Shown here: positions 17,023 to 25,737 of the stretch, one piece after another
Position numbering within the stretch: the stretch's first letter is position 1
Layout of the letters: every line of letters begins with the position of its first letter
Assembly: GCA_000934665.2 (NCBI GenBank)
Contig: KZ538008.1
Coordinates: 248,001-273,737, forward strand
DNA length: 25,737 nucleotides
Source: Catajapyx aquilonaris
Taxonomy: Eukaryota
Direction of reading: 5' to 3'
Made by a program: the position numbers and the translations under genes
The notes under the pieces: generated by a model
Database searches by the model: none
What the model saw: the letters and a program-made list of their open reading frames with translations, nothing else
What the model was told of the DNA's origin: nothing

Positions 17023-20000
17023 ATGCCGGCAGGTAATATTCCACGCCTCTGATGTAACATTAACCGGTGAAATATAATTTGTAAGGAATAATAAGCTGTA
17101 ACAAAACATGGTCATGCAAGAAGAGGTGTGGGTAATCATGCTCCTGCTGTATTGGCTGCTGTTGTGAATTGAAACTGCCACTCAAAACTTATCTAGCGTT
17201 ATCGCATTTATCTGGGGGTTTGATGACTTGACTAAACTTTATCAACCCATGAAGTAAGCCTGCTTTAAAGACTGGTATTACGAGAAGGTCATTTATGCCA
17301 TATTTATTACCTATAAAAAATGATCTTCACAACTGGAACCTGTGAGTTAACCCTTAACTAGTATCGTGGTGTCTTTGTCGACCCCAAGCTTATAAGAATT
17401 GGCAATGTGAAGTAACTAATGAATCAAAAGCCAAATGCTTTCATGTATTCCTCAAACATACTTTTGCTCATGTGTTAATATCCTGGAAATTGAAGAAGAA
17501 AAAAATCAGGGCCCTCAAAACAGCTATAATCAAGGTGAGGTGCATCTGTTAGCGAGTAGGGCCTACTATTAACTGCAAAAGTAATGCCACACTGTTATGT
17601 GATGGCGACTTGTTGTTTAGAATGGGTTGTGGACAAAGAGTTCTGCTATTACATATACTATAATTATATACCTAGAGGAAGTATTCCGTATCCTTTCCCA
17701 TTAGCCAGGCTGAGACAGCCGCCATATTTAGGGTCATATTGTTGTTCTGACAGTTGTCTAGCACCTGGGACAACAACCAATAATGACAACTGGGACGACA
17801 ATTAGTCCAATAATGTCAGGCATCTGCCATCTTTACATGGGTCATATTTTTAGCCTGCCTCACATTTCACCTCGAGTGCTCTCTCTAGGTATTACATATA
17901 TTATAGTAGAGCTCTTTGGTTGTGGATTCCGGAATATTGCCAAATTAGCATCCGTAACTTGGCAACTCCAATGCTAAACAACAAGTTGCAGACGCCATCA
18001 CATAACAGTGCGACATTACCTTTGCAGTAGTACATTAGGTGGGCCTAGGCAATCTACGCATACTTTTACCTATACTTTTGAAAATATTAATTTCACATCA
18101 TTTTATGTAGGGAACATAATTATGTTCTTCATTTGAGACTTTCTACACATTTGGAAATTCTTAGCGCTCTAGGTTGCTGCTGAGGTATCTATAAATATGC
18201 ACATTGAAGTACATTTGTCCAGTTTTTAATACTCAGTCACATTTTGTATAAGCCTGTTTCATTATTTACTCATTAGGATTTATGCGAGCTTATTTTACAC
18301 GTGGCATCTAAAATTTAATGAGATGAATAAGAAATTAATTACAATCAAATTATTGCCTGCGGTCACAACAGACACCACAATACTAGTTACGTTGCTCAGA
18401 TTGACGATGCCACTTAAGGGTTAAGGTTGTTTCATGTGATTAAAAAGGTGGAAGGCATACTTTTTGCAATTCAATCTTGCCTGGAAAAGTAATATTCAGA
18501 GAAGTTACATGGCTCAGTAAAGGCAGTAATAATTTCGTTTTGTATGCATTCCTAAGACACTGGTTTTGTTTCTCTGATTTTGCTTATCAGTTTGTCGAGT
18601 TGTTATGGGCCTCAGGACACTTCGTCGCCTGCAGCCAGCACAATGTTGCCGCCTGATTGGGTTGTGCCCAAGGGCCACCCAAGCCCCTGCCCGTCTGCAT
18701 TGGGCCTGCAGTAACTTTGAACAGGTCAATGAGCCAAAAATACTAATTGTGCCTTTCAGCCGTTTCTGCACTGAGCAGTCTAGACAGTTTCCAGGTAAAA
18801 AAATAAAAATGGTGAAGATCTTTCATTTTCATTCTGTAATTGCATGATTTGCCAAAACTTGGTTATGGGTTCTTCCAAGCTCAACTAACCTTATTTGAAG
18901 CCTACACATTGCTGGAACATTTAGAGTAGTTGATAAAGTTGTCAGAGCAGTGAGATTTTGGACACATCACTGCATGGTAGTAATTTGTTCTATGGGTGAG
19001 AGACCACTCCCTGTAAACTGTGAGAAAATTGGATTGTTAAACTGACCAGAGATTTGAGTACAATGCAAATTGAATGGGGATGAGCCAAAGGAATCAATGA
19101 AAAAATGTGAACAGGGAGCTGGAAAGAAGTGATTGCATTTCGTGCCATCTCAGGTTCAGTTCAGGAGTTGATTCTGCCACACAATAAATTAGTTGCATTA
19201 TCTACCCTGTCACTGTTATGATACTAAATAAATGCTTTTACAACAGGAGTGGTTACATATGATGTACTCGTATGTACTTGAGGGGCCAAAATTAAAAAAG
19301 AAAAACCCACTTGTTGGCAGTATATGGTGGTAATAAAATGGATTTTCATTCCCCCACATGACTTGCTGTGAACAGAGCTTATACAGGCTGCCTGCCCTTA
19401 CTTCGACCCTACGTCATCGTTTTGTTTAGCGACTCATAGTCAACAGAAATCTGCCAAACGCAACCCTGGAACCTCACACTTTTCAAATTTCAAATCTTGT
19501 GTTTGATTGTTAGACATGGTGTTGTCAACCATAACAATTTAATAGTGTACCTGGCTACCTGCCATATACCTGCTACAGACTGGGACTGATTTCTTGGGTG
19601 CCTTATCAATTCTAGGGCTCGGGGCAATAAGGAGGTAACTGCCATTTTCAAGCATTTACGGGTTTTGCAGTAATAAGGGGGTATCTGCCAAGTGGCACCC
19701 TGCCATTGTATCTTCTTGACACTGTGCCACTCTTTCTGCTAATTAATTTATGATACTTGCCTTAGTATTCAATGAAGTTCAATGAAAGCAATGGCCGCAA
19801 AAAGCTTTCTCCCCGAAAATTATGATTTTGGCGGTTACCTCCTTATTGCCCCGAGCCCTAGAATTACCCAAATGGCTAAGGTGCTTGACATAAGCAGAGC
19901 TTGTGGGTTTCCCTTATTTGGAAGGCAGCTTCACCTCTGTATGTGAGTTGCATAACATCGAAGTTGCACTTGCAAAGTAGTTCAAGTTGAGCTGGTTGCC

Positions 20001-20376
20001 AGTGGTGGTATTGCTATTTTGTTGAACTTATTCACCAGCCAGCTGGAATCAAAGAAGGCTAAACATCTCTGTGAATATTATCATCACAGCATCATGGCTG
20101 TTAGTGGGGCAGTCCAGTGGCATCACGATCACCACTGGAACACCTTGCCATCATGCAGCAGAAGGTCTTATATTTAATTGATGAGTTCAAGTGAATGGAA
20201 GCAGATAAATCATTAAGTTGCTTCTAAGATTATCCTTATTACTAGATTGTATCCCTTGCCATTGCATGGTTGGCAGTAATATGATGATGATGATGATGAT
20301 GATTGTTGTTGGTGTTATTATTATTTTGATTATGATTATTATGATTGTGATTGTGATTATTATGATTATTATTATC

Positions 20377-20420
<44 letters not shown>

Positions 20421-22012
20421 TGATGTTTTTAAAACCTCCATTGATATCATTTGCAGTTATATGATGGTTTTTTTTTTTTTTTACAGGAACTCAATAACTT
20501 GAATAACTCTGCCTGCCTCATTCAGCTCCATTGCCTGCATCAATCATAGCTAGATATATTATTTATGATGATATTCATTTTAGGGTAGCAATATCATAAT
20601 ATGCACAAATTTGGTCTAGTTGCACTACAGACAGGAAATAAATTCTGCTGGAGAAGAGCCAGAAAAAATGTTATGTTCATTGAAGAGAGGGGATATTAGA
20701 GACTTCATGCATCTATGTGCATCTATGCATGCGCACCTCGGTTTAAGTTGGGGTCATTCCATGTCAGTTCATCCAGAGAAACCTAAAAATGTAACCCACC
20801 ATCTCAGATTGTCAATTGAAATTCCTTGTAAATTGCCCTTATGTGTTAATATACCATTATCTATGCGAAAAACCCAAATACACAAACAAATTTTACACCT
20901 CCTGGTAGTAGACGTCAAGACCTTGCTTGTGGTACAATTTCATTAAAATCTGGGGATAGCCTTTTTGGGTAGTAGCTGTTCAAGTTTGAAGGTCATGACG
21001 ATCCCTGTTAGCAATATTTGCTTGATTACAGTGTGAAGATATGATCTTATTAGTAAAGATCAGATATCATTTTAAGAATAGGGATGTTTCTTTACATATG
21101 TACTGTATTTTTCAACTTTCTACAGATATTAGTTATTTTACAATTAATATTTTGAAGAACAAGTACCGGTATTGCTTTCGAGACTGCCATAGCCATTTTT
21201 ACCCTAATTTTGCCTAGCCACAACTCAAGAACTATAAGAGCTAGGAAGCTGAAATTTTCAGGTTACTAGTTTCTCAGTGCACAGTTTACACATTCAAAAT
21301 TTCAAGGAAATCTGAGATGGTGGGTGACATGGCCTTGATGAACTGATGTGGATGACCCTTTGGCCTTTGGTGAGAGTTATGGCATCACTAGGATCATAAT
21401 ACTGAAATGACAGAATGTTGGCCATTTTTGTACAAATTTTGGCAAAACTACCAACATTAGTTGACAAAAACAAGACCTGTAAATTATTATGTACGCATAA
21501 ATTAAAATGTGCATTTTCGACAGAAATCCCTTTTGAAAGTGTAAAGAAAGGACTCGATGATGGGACCTTGCTCCTCATTGATGTTCGAGAAGCTGATGAG
21601 CTGAAGTCAAATGGAAAAATCCCAAAGGCCGTTAATATTCCATGTGAGAGGAGGAGTATATTTTGAAGTGTCCTGCAGTTCATCACATGATTGTACATTT
21701 AAATTCATTTCCCAGTGGGAGATGTTGAAGGTGCTTTCAAGCTGAGCAATGACGAGTTCAAGGCTAAGTATGGTGTCAACAAGCCTGACAAGAACTCTGA
21801 AAATCTGGCCACTTCATGCAAGATAGGGGGAAGGGCAGGTAAAGCAGCTGATGCCTTAGGGAAGCTGGGCTATGAGAAGGTTAAGTGAGTACAATGCATA
21901 GTGCCCACCATTCTGGCTATGTTCAAGTTACTGACAATTTCTTGATACTTGCAGGATCTATAAAGGTTCCTTCGATGATTGGGCTGCTAAAGGAGGGAAA
22001 GTTGAGAAATGA
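17023..22012 (+). CDS. Single-domain rhodanese / thiosulfate sulfurtransferase (TSTD1/TSTD3/Hsp67Bb-like); 186 aa, or 118 aa without exon 2
   Basis: Exons 17023-17032 (ATGCCGGCAG|GTAATA), 18591-18794, 21524-21643, 21716-21884, 21955-22012, all phase-consistent. Motifs LLIDVRE..E...GKIP.AVNIPL, F..KYG..KP, active-site CKIGGRA, YKGSFDDW. ATTAAA at 22064, AATAAA at 22576. Confidence 0.9.
17351..18420. mobile_element. Non-autonomous piggyBac-family element in rhodanese intron 1
   Basis: TTAA TSDs (17347-17350, 18421-18424). TIR CCCTTAACTAGTATCGT versus reverse complement CCCTTAAGTGGCATCGT; sub-terminal IR TAACTAGTAT(C/T)GTGGTGTCT. Confidence 0.85.
17572..18028. mobile_element. Inverted-repeat element nested inside the piggyBac MITE
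   Basis: About 60-bp imperfect IRs ACTGCAAAAGTAATGCCACACTGTTATGTGATGGCG..ACTTGTTGTTTAG versus CTAAACAACAAGT..CGCCATCACATAACAGTGCGACATTACCTTTGCAGT. TSD unclear. Confidence 0.65.
18591..18794 (+). CDS. Rhodanese cassette exon encoding a mitochondrial-type presequence
   Basis: ttttgcttatcag| ... CCAG|GTAAAA; 204 nt, phase 1-1. VCRVVMGLRTLRRLQPAQCCRLIGLCPRATQAPARLHW is Arg-rich with no acidic residue in the first ~45 aa. Confidence 0.8.
19615..19858. mobile_element. 244-bp MITE with ~30-bp TIRs and TA duplication
   Basis: TA-GGGCTCGGGGCAATAAGGAGGTAACTGCCA ... TGGCGGTTACCTCCTTATTGCCCCGAGCCC-TA; one mismatch between TIRs. Confidence 0.85.
20278..20425. repeat. Compound trinucleotide microsatellite (ATG)n-(ATT)n-(AAT)n
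   Basis: Directly visible tandem triplets. Confidence 0.95.
20751..21358. mobile_element. Non-autonomous TIR DNA transposon (superfamily uncertain)
   Basis: TIR GGGTCATTCCATGTCAGTTCATC versus reverse complement GGGTCATCCACATCAGTTCATC. Sub-terminal IR ACCCACCATCTCAGATT (about 20794) / AATCTGAGATGGTGGGT (about 21309). Flanks GTTG/TTTG. Confidence 0.7.
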
Positions 22013-22117
22013 AAGCACAGGACATACTGTTCAGTCATTATTACAATGTACAAGTCATCAGACATTAAATATTAGTGTGCCATAATTTTGCTGTGTTATT
22101 TAAATGGATAGCTTTTC

Positions 22118-22420
22118 GGGGAGGGGTGGTGGCCGAGATGGTAACGTCTTGGCTTGCTGAGTGAAAGTTCCCAGGCATAGACCTTAGAGCTAAGGTTTAT
22201 GGTCCCAGGTTCAATCCCCGCCTGGGAGTTCCCTTTCACCTGCATCAGGAGGGTGTCTGACCCACACCTTGGAGGTGTCTGGCCACCTAACCTCCTGAGG
22301 AACAGCACATGGTCCCTTTTCAGACATTGCACTTGCACCCATGTTCCCTCCCCAAAAATGCTGATCCTTACCCTATGCCCTTGATTCCCTGCACTGGTGT
22401 TAGAAGAAAATGAAAATAGA
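22118..22420 (+). mobile_element. tRNA-derived SINE (older copy)
   Basis: Pol III A box TGGCCGAGATGG (22130-22141) and B box GGTTCAATCCC (22208-22218), A-rich end, 3' motif shared with the SINE at 24022. No clear TSD. Confidence 0.65.
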
Positions 22421-23004
22421 AATTATGGAAATATGGTGGTAGTCCACCCCCCTATATTGACACATATATGTCTCAAGGGATACAAGGTAACAAATTAAAA
22501 AATGAAAATATTGTCTTCAGATGTACTGTACAGTGAGCCCCCATTACAATGGTTTGAGAATATTAAGTAAATATTAATAAAAACATTAAATTTGATAAAT
22601 ATACATATGTGCATTGAAATATGGTACGTGTACTTTATTCTTATAATGGTCATATTTCATTGCTAATTGTTTTGTTGATGCCTGAATGTGTGATTTGTAA
22701 ATTAAACTTATCATAGGTTTGTATGCATGTTTAAAAAGGCATACATTATAATTATAGGGTTTGGTTGTGCTGCAGGTTTCACTTATCCATGGATGAGAGG
22801 AGCCCAGAGCAATTTGATGATTTCAGGTTATTTTTATGAATAGGGAATCAGTTGGGCTCCTGCTTGTGCCACATTTGGAAAAAGCAGTAGTCCCTGTTGC
22901 TGATTCCCACTATTCAAGCAAAAGGTAGAAATCTCATCATCATCTCTACTGTCAGTCGCAACTTGAAATGTGGCATTATCTCGGGATGTTGATCTCACCA
23001 CTTA

Positions 23005-23106
23005 GGGCCAGTTGCACCGGCCTCAGTATAACTTAGAACCTCGGGTATAACAAGAATTCTTGTTATACCCGTGGTTCTAAGTTATACTGAGGGGTGCAAC
23101 TGGCCC
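23005..23106. mobile_element. PIF/Harbinger (Tourist-like) palindromic MITE, 102 bp
   Basis: TTA-GGGCCAGTTGCACC...GGTGCAACTGGCCC-TTA; almost the whole element is a palindrome centred on GAATTC; 3-bp TTA TSD. Confidence 0.85.
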
Positions 23107-23832
23107 TTATAGAAGAAAATGTTGAAAAACTGTTCTCTGTAATGCCAGTGCAATTTTCTATTGCCCCAGTAACTCCTAACTCTGCTGTCCAAAGGAAACA
23201 CGCCCTATCTACAAACCGGTAAGGATGAAGGTCACATGCCGGCCCTTCACCCATCCTCCCTGGCCCTTGTGAATCCATGCTACTTCCATGCGAGAAGTCT
23301 GACTTGCTTGCAGTTGTCCTGTGTTTTAAATGTCATACTAACCATTTTGTCATATCATTGCGTGATGTGTCATGAAAATACAAAAATCGAAATCAATGTT
23401 AATTTGAGCTTGTGTGGAATTATTAAAAGGATTAACGGTTTCATTTGTGAAAAAATCTTTATCCATTGGTATACTACCATCTTAACTGACCTCTCAGTGG
23501 AAGTACAGTGCATACACTTTTTTCCCACCAGCCAACTGTGTATAAAAATCATATATGTATCTGGTACAGTCAATGTGTCCAACCCGGGCATTTTATAAAA
23601 TGACCGGGCACTGTATAAAATGCCAAATTTTTTGGGCATTCTGCATAATGCCCTTAACCAGTTTCGGTCGTGTATAAAATGTCAGGTCATTATACAGAAT
23701 GCCTAGTAGGTGGTGGTAAATGTATTGAATCGCTCTGACAAGGAAATTCAAAAATGTGTTTTTTATTGAGACAATAAATCCCTTAGTCAAAATCAGTGAA
23801 AATCAACATGCAGGCTATATAATCAGAGTTAA

Positions 23833-24540
23833 CCGGCTGGAACCATGACGTGGGGTTTTTTAGGACCCCAAAGGATTTAAAATGCATTAAAATGATAATT
23901 ACAATGAACTTTTGCCATTATTTTAAAGTCTATAACAGGAAGTGCATGTTTATTTTGAATTAGCGATCATTTTAGGCATTGTTCAAAGATTGATTGCATG
24001 CAGTCAATACATTCAAAAGTACCGAAGCAGTAGTGGCGGAGGGGATTTGGTATCCGACTGCTAATCGGGAGGTCCTGGGTTCGAGTCCCGGAGGCCGGCG
24101 GTCCTGACCTTGGTTTTCTGTGGTTTTCCAAGGTAGCCCCAGGAATAATTTCCGGGATCGTACCGTAAAATAGGCCACAGCCGCTTCCTTCCTTTCCCTG
24201 TCCTGGAGGAGGTGCGGGTTAGTCGGGGGTTTCTAACTCGCATCTAGGGGGTCATCTTGGCGAACGGGCCCCCTGAGGGACTGCACACGACCCCCAACTT
24301 GATGACATTGCACATGCACCAGTGTCCCCCCCTCCTATCCCCACCCTGTCCCTGCACATAGTGGTATTCCACTCCCCTAAGAGAGCCCATGGCTCTAGCA
24401 CGGGGTATATCTAAAAAAATTAAAAAAAATACATTCAAAAGTATTATATAAATTTTTTAAAAAAATTAAAATATGGATGGGGTCCTAAAAGACTCCACAT
24501 CCCGGTTTCCGTAACTTTCAGGCATGTCACGGTGCCAGGG
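23833..24540. mobile_element. Non-autonomous piggyBac-family element nested in the 23567-25070 transposon
   Basis: TTAA TSDs (23829-23832, 24541-24544). Ends CCGGCTGGAACCATGAC versus reverse complement CCCTGGCACCGTGAC; sub-terminal IR TTTTAGGACCCCA/TGGGGTCCTAAAA. Confidence 0.75.
24022..24427 (+). mobile_element. Full-length tRNA-derived SINE with 16-bp TSD
   Basis: TSD AATACATTCAAAAGTA (24006-24021, 24428-24443). tRNA-like head with TGGCGGAGGGG, CCGA-CT-GCT-AA-TCGG and B box GGTTCGAGTCC. Body GGTTTTCTGTGGTTTTCC...CCGGGATCGTACC..AATAGGCCACAGCCGCTTCCTTCC resembles the conserved domain of arthropod SINEs. A-rich tail. Confidence 0.9.
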
Positions 24541-24553
24541 TTAATCATAAGGA

Positions 24554-24930
24554 TCATTTATTAGAGCAAGGCAAAGAACTGTGGCACTTGGAATAATTAC
24601 AGAGCTCACGTGCACTTTTTTTAAACACATTTGGTTTTGCAGCTGCATTTCTTATACCCCTGTGACTCCGACACGCTGTTGTAAGATGCTGCCTCCCTCA
24701 GAGAAATCAGTTTGCTATCTGGGTTTGCAGTAACAGCAGCTAAGTCTAATAATCTTTCTTTGCACGGATGTATTTCTGCACGTGTGTACTTGTGCTTGAG
24801 TTGGCCATGTTTAGAGCACAGTGTGTACAGGTCATCATCAACACTCTTCGCCACTGCTAGGAATAGATGTTGTTGGGGGATCCACGAGCACTCACGACGT
24901 CAGGAATTGATAGAATCAACACACTGCCCA
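24554..24930 (-). pseudogene. Frameshifted integrase/transposase C-terminus (KRBA2-like Cys-rich tail)
   Basis: Reads SVLILSIPDVVSARGSPNNI / FLAVAKSVDDDLYTLCSKHGQLKHKYTRAEIHPCKERLL...ISLREAA...QGYKKCSCKTKC / ELCNYSKCHSSLPCSNK*, with frameshifts and stops. Confidence 0.7.
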
Positions 24931-25435
24931 ACGAACAGTGGGCATTATATAAAATGTCCGGGCCATTTGTGAAACACTTTCCCATATTATACACACCGCC
25001 CAAAAAATTGGGCATTCTATACAGTGCCCCAGTCATTTTACAAAATGCCTGGGGTTGGACACATTGACTGTAACATAATTATATAAATGCATGATTGTCA
25101 GGCTTGAGTAAAGGTGTGGTACTTCCACTTGCATGGTTGGATTAGATGTTAGCAAATCCAAGCCTCTGAGGTGGAAGTATGTTTTTCCTTTTCGTGTGGT
25201 TACTGAACTTGAGAATGTTCTGGCCAATATTTCATTACATGAGTTGCCTTCAATGGGTACCAGTTACTCGTCTGTGGCAGCTCCTTCAACTTTCTGGTCA
25301 CCTTCAGTTGTTAGAACAGGGAGTAGCAAGATAGATCAGAAAGTCTCAGTCTCCCCAACTTGTGACTGTGCTCTGATTTATGTGCTGTTATTTATATTAG
25401 CAGGAAATTACATTTAAAAAGCTTTCCACTATGCC

Positions 25436-25443
25436 TATCGATA
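25436..25443. promoter_or_regulatory. DRE motif TATCGATA
   Basis: Exact palindrome, with TATCTGATAAC nearby (about 25515), similar to the cluster at 6991. Confidence 0.35.
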
Positions 25444-25737
25444 TCTGGTTGCAAGTTATATTGTTTCAATAGGTGATGATACACTAATTTCCATACATCA
25501 CTTCTACATAACTTTTATCTGATAACTTATCTAACAGACTACAGTGTGGAACTCCCATAATTCTAATCTCTGGGACTAGCGAAAACTGCCACTTTCTGTA
25601 CAGACGGATAAAAGCAGTATCTATCCCTCAAATATGCTGAGAAGTAATCTCCAAATGAATCCATCCGGAAATACCAAAACATGCAGATTAGTTGTGGCTT
25701 ACACTAACAATGTTAATTCTGTTTTATTGAGGGTTCT

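Larger units (their letters stand above)
23567..25070 (-). mobile_element. Deleted DNA transposon with ~70-bp TIRs carrying a KRBA2/SCAND3-like (Ginger-related) integrase C-terminal remnant
   Basis: TA-CAGTCAATGTGTCCAACCC..GGCATTTT(A/G)TAAAATGAC..GGGCACTGTATA(A/G)AATGCC..AATTTTTTGGGC at both ends, TA TSD. Coding remnant at 24554-24930. Confidence 0.8.

Noticed and set aside
20187..20502. Poly-L/I and poly-M/I/N ORFs
   Set aside because: Artefacts of the trinucleotide microsatellite.
20991..21334. Kolobok-like element with GG..CC ends
   Set aside because: Better explained as internal to the larger TIR element 20751-21358.
24025..24100. tRNA-Ser(GCT)-like sequence as a true tRNA
   Set aside because: No acceptor stem or long variable arm; it is the head of a TSD-flanked SINE.
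25133..25417. 94-aa ORF and its antisense frame
   Set aside because: No recognisable domain; the antisense frame has stops.

Overview
Eukaryotic genomic DNA, probably from an arthropod (inferred from DRE promoter motifs, SINE type and short GT-AG introns). From left to right it holds: (1) the last coding exon of an unidentified + strand gene (1127-1859); (2) a DRE-marked promoter near 7 kb that appears to drive a spliced non-coding transcript leftward and an ABCC5/MRP5-like ABC transporter rightward (CDS 7647-14740, 18 coding exons per isoform, about 1416 aa); (3) a tRNA-Thr(CGT) gene; (4) a single-domain rhodanese gene (17023-22012); and (5) many small transposons (pogo/Tigger-, piggyBac- and Harbinger-type MITEs, tRNA-derived SINEs), including a triple-nested insertion at 23567-25070. 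The main highlights are two alternative-splicing switches read from the sequence. The ABCC gene has a tandem pair of divergent, apparently mutually exclusive exons for TM6, flanked by competing intronic base-pairing elements. The rhodanese gene has an in-frame cassette exon that adds a mitochondrial-type presequence. All gene models were built by hand from splice sites and phase consistency; no searches were run.
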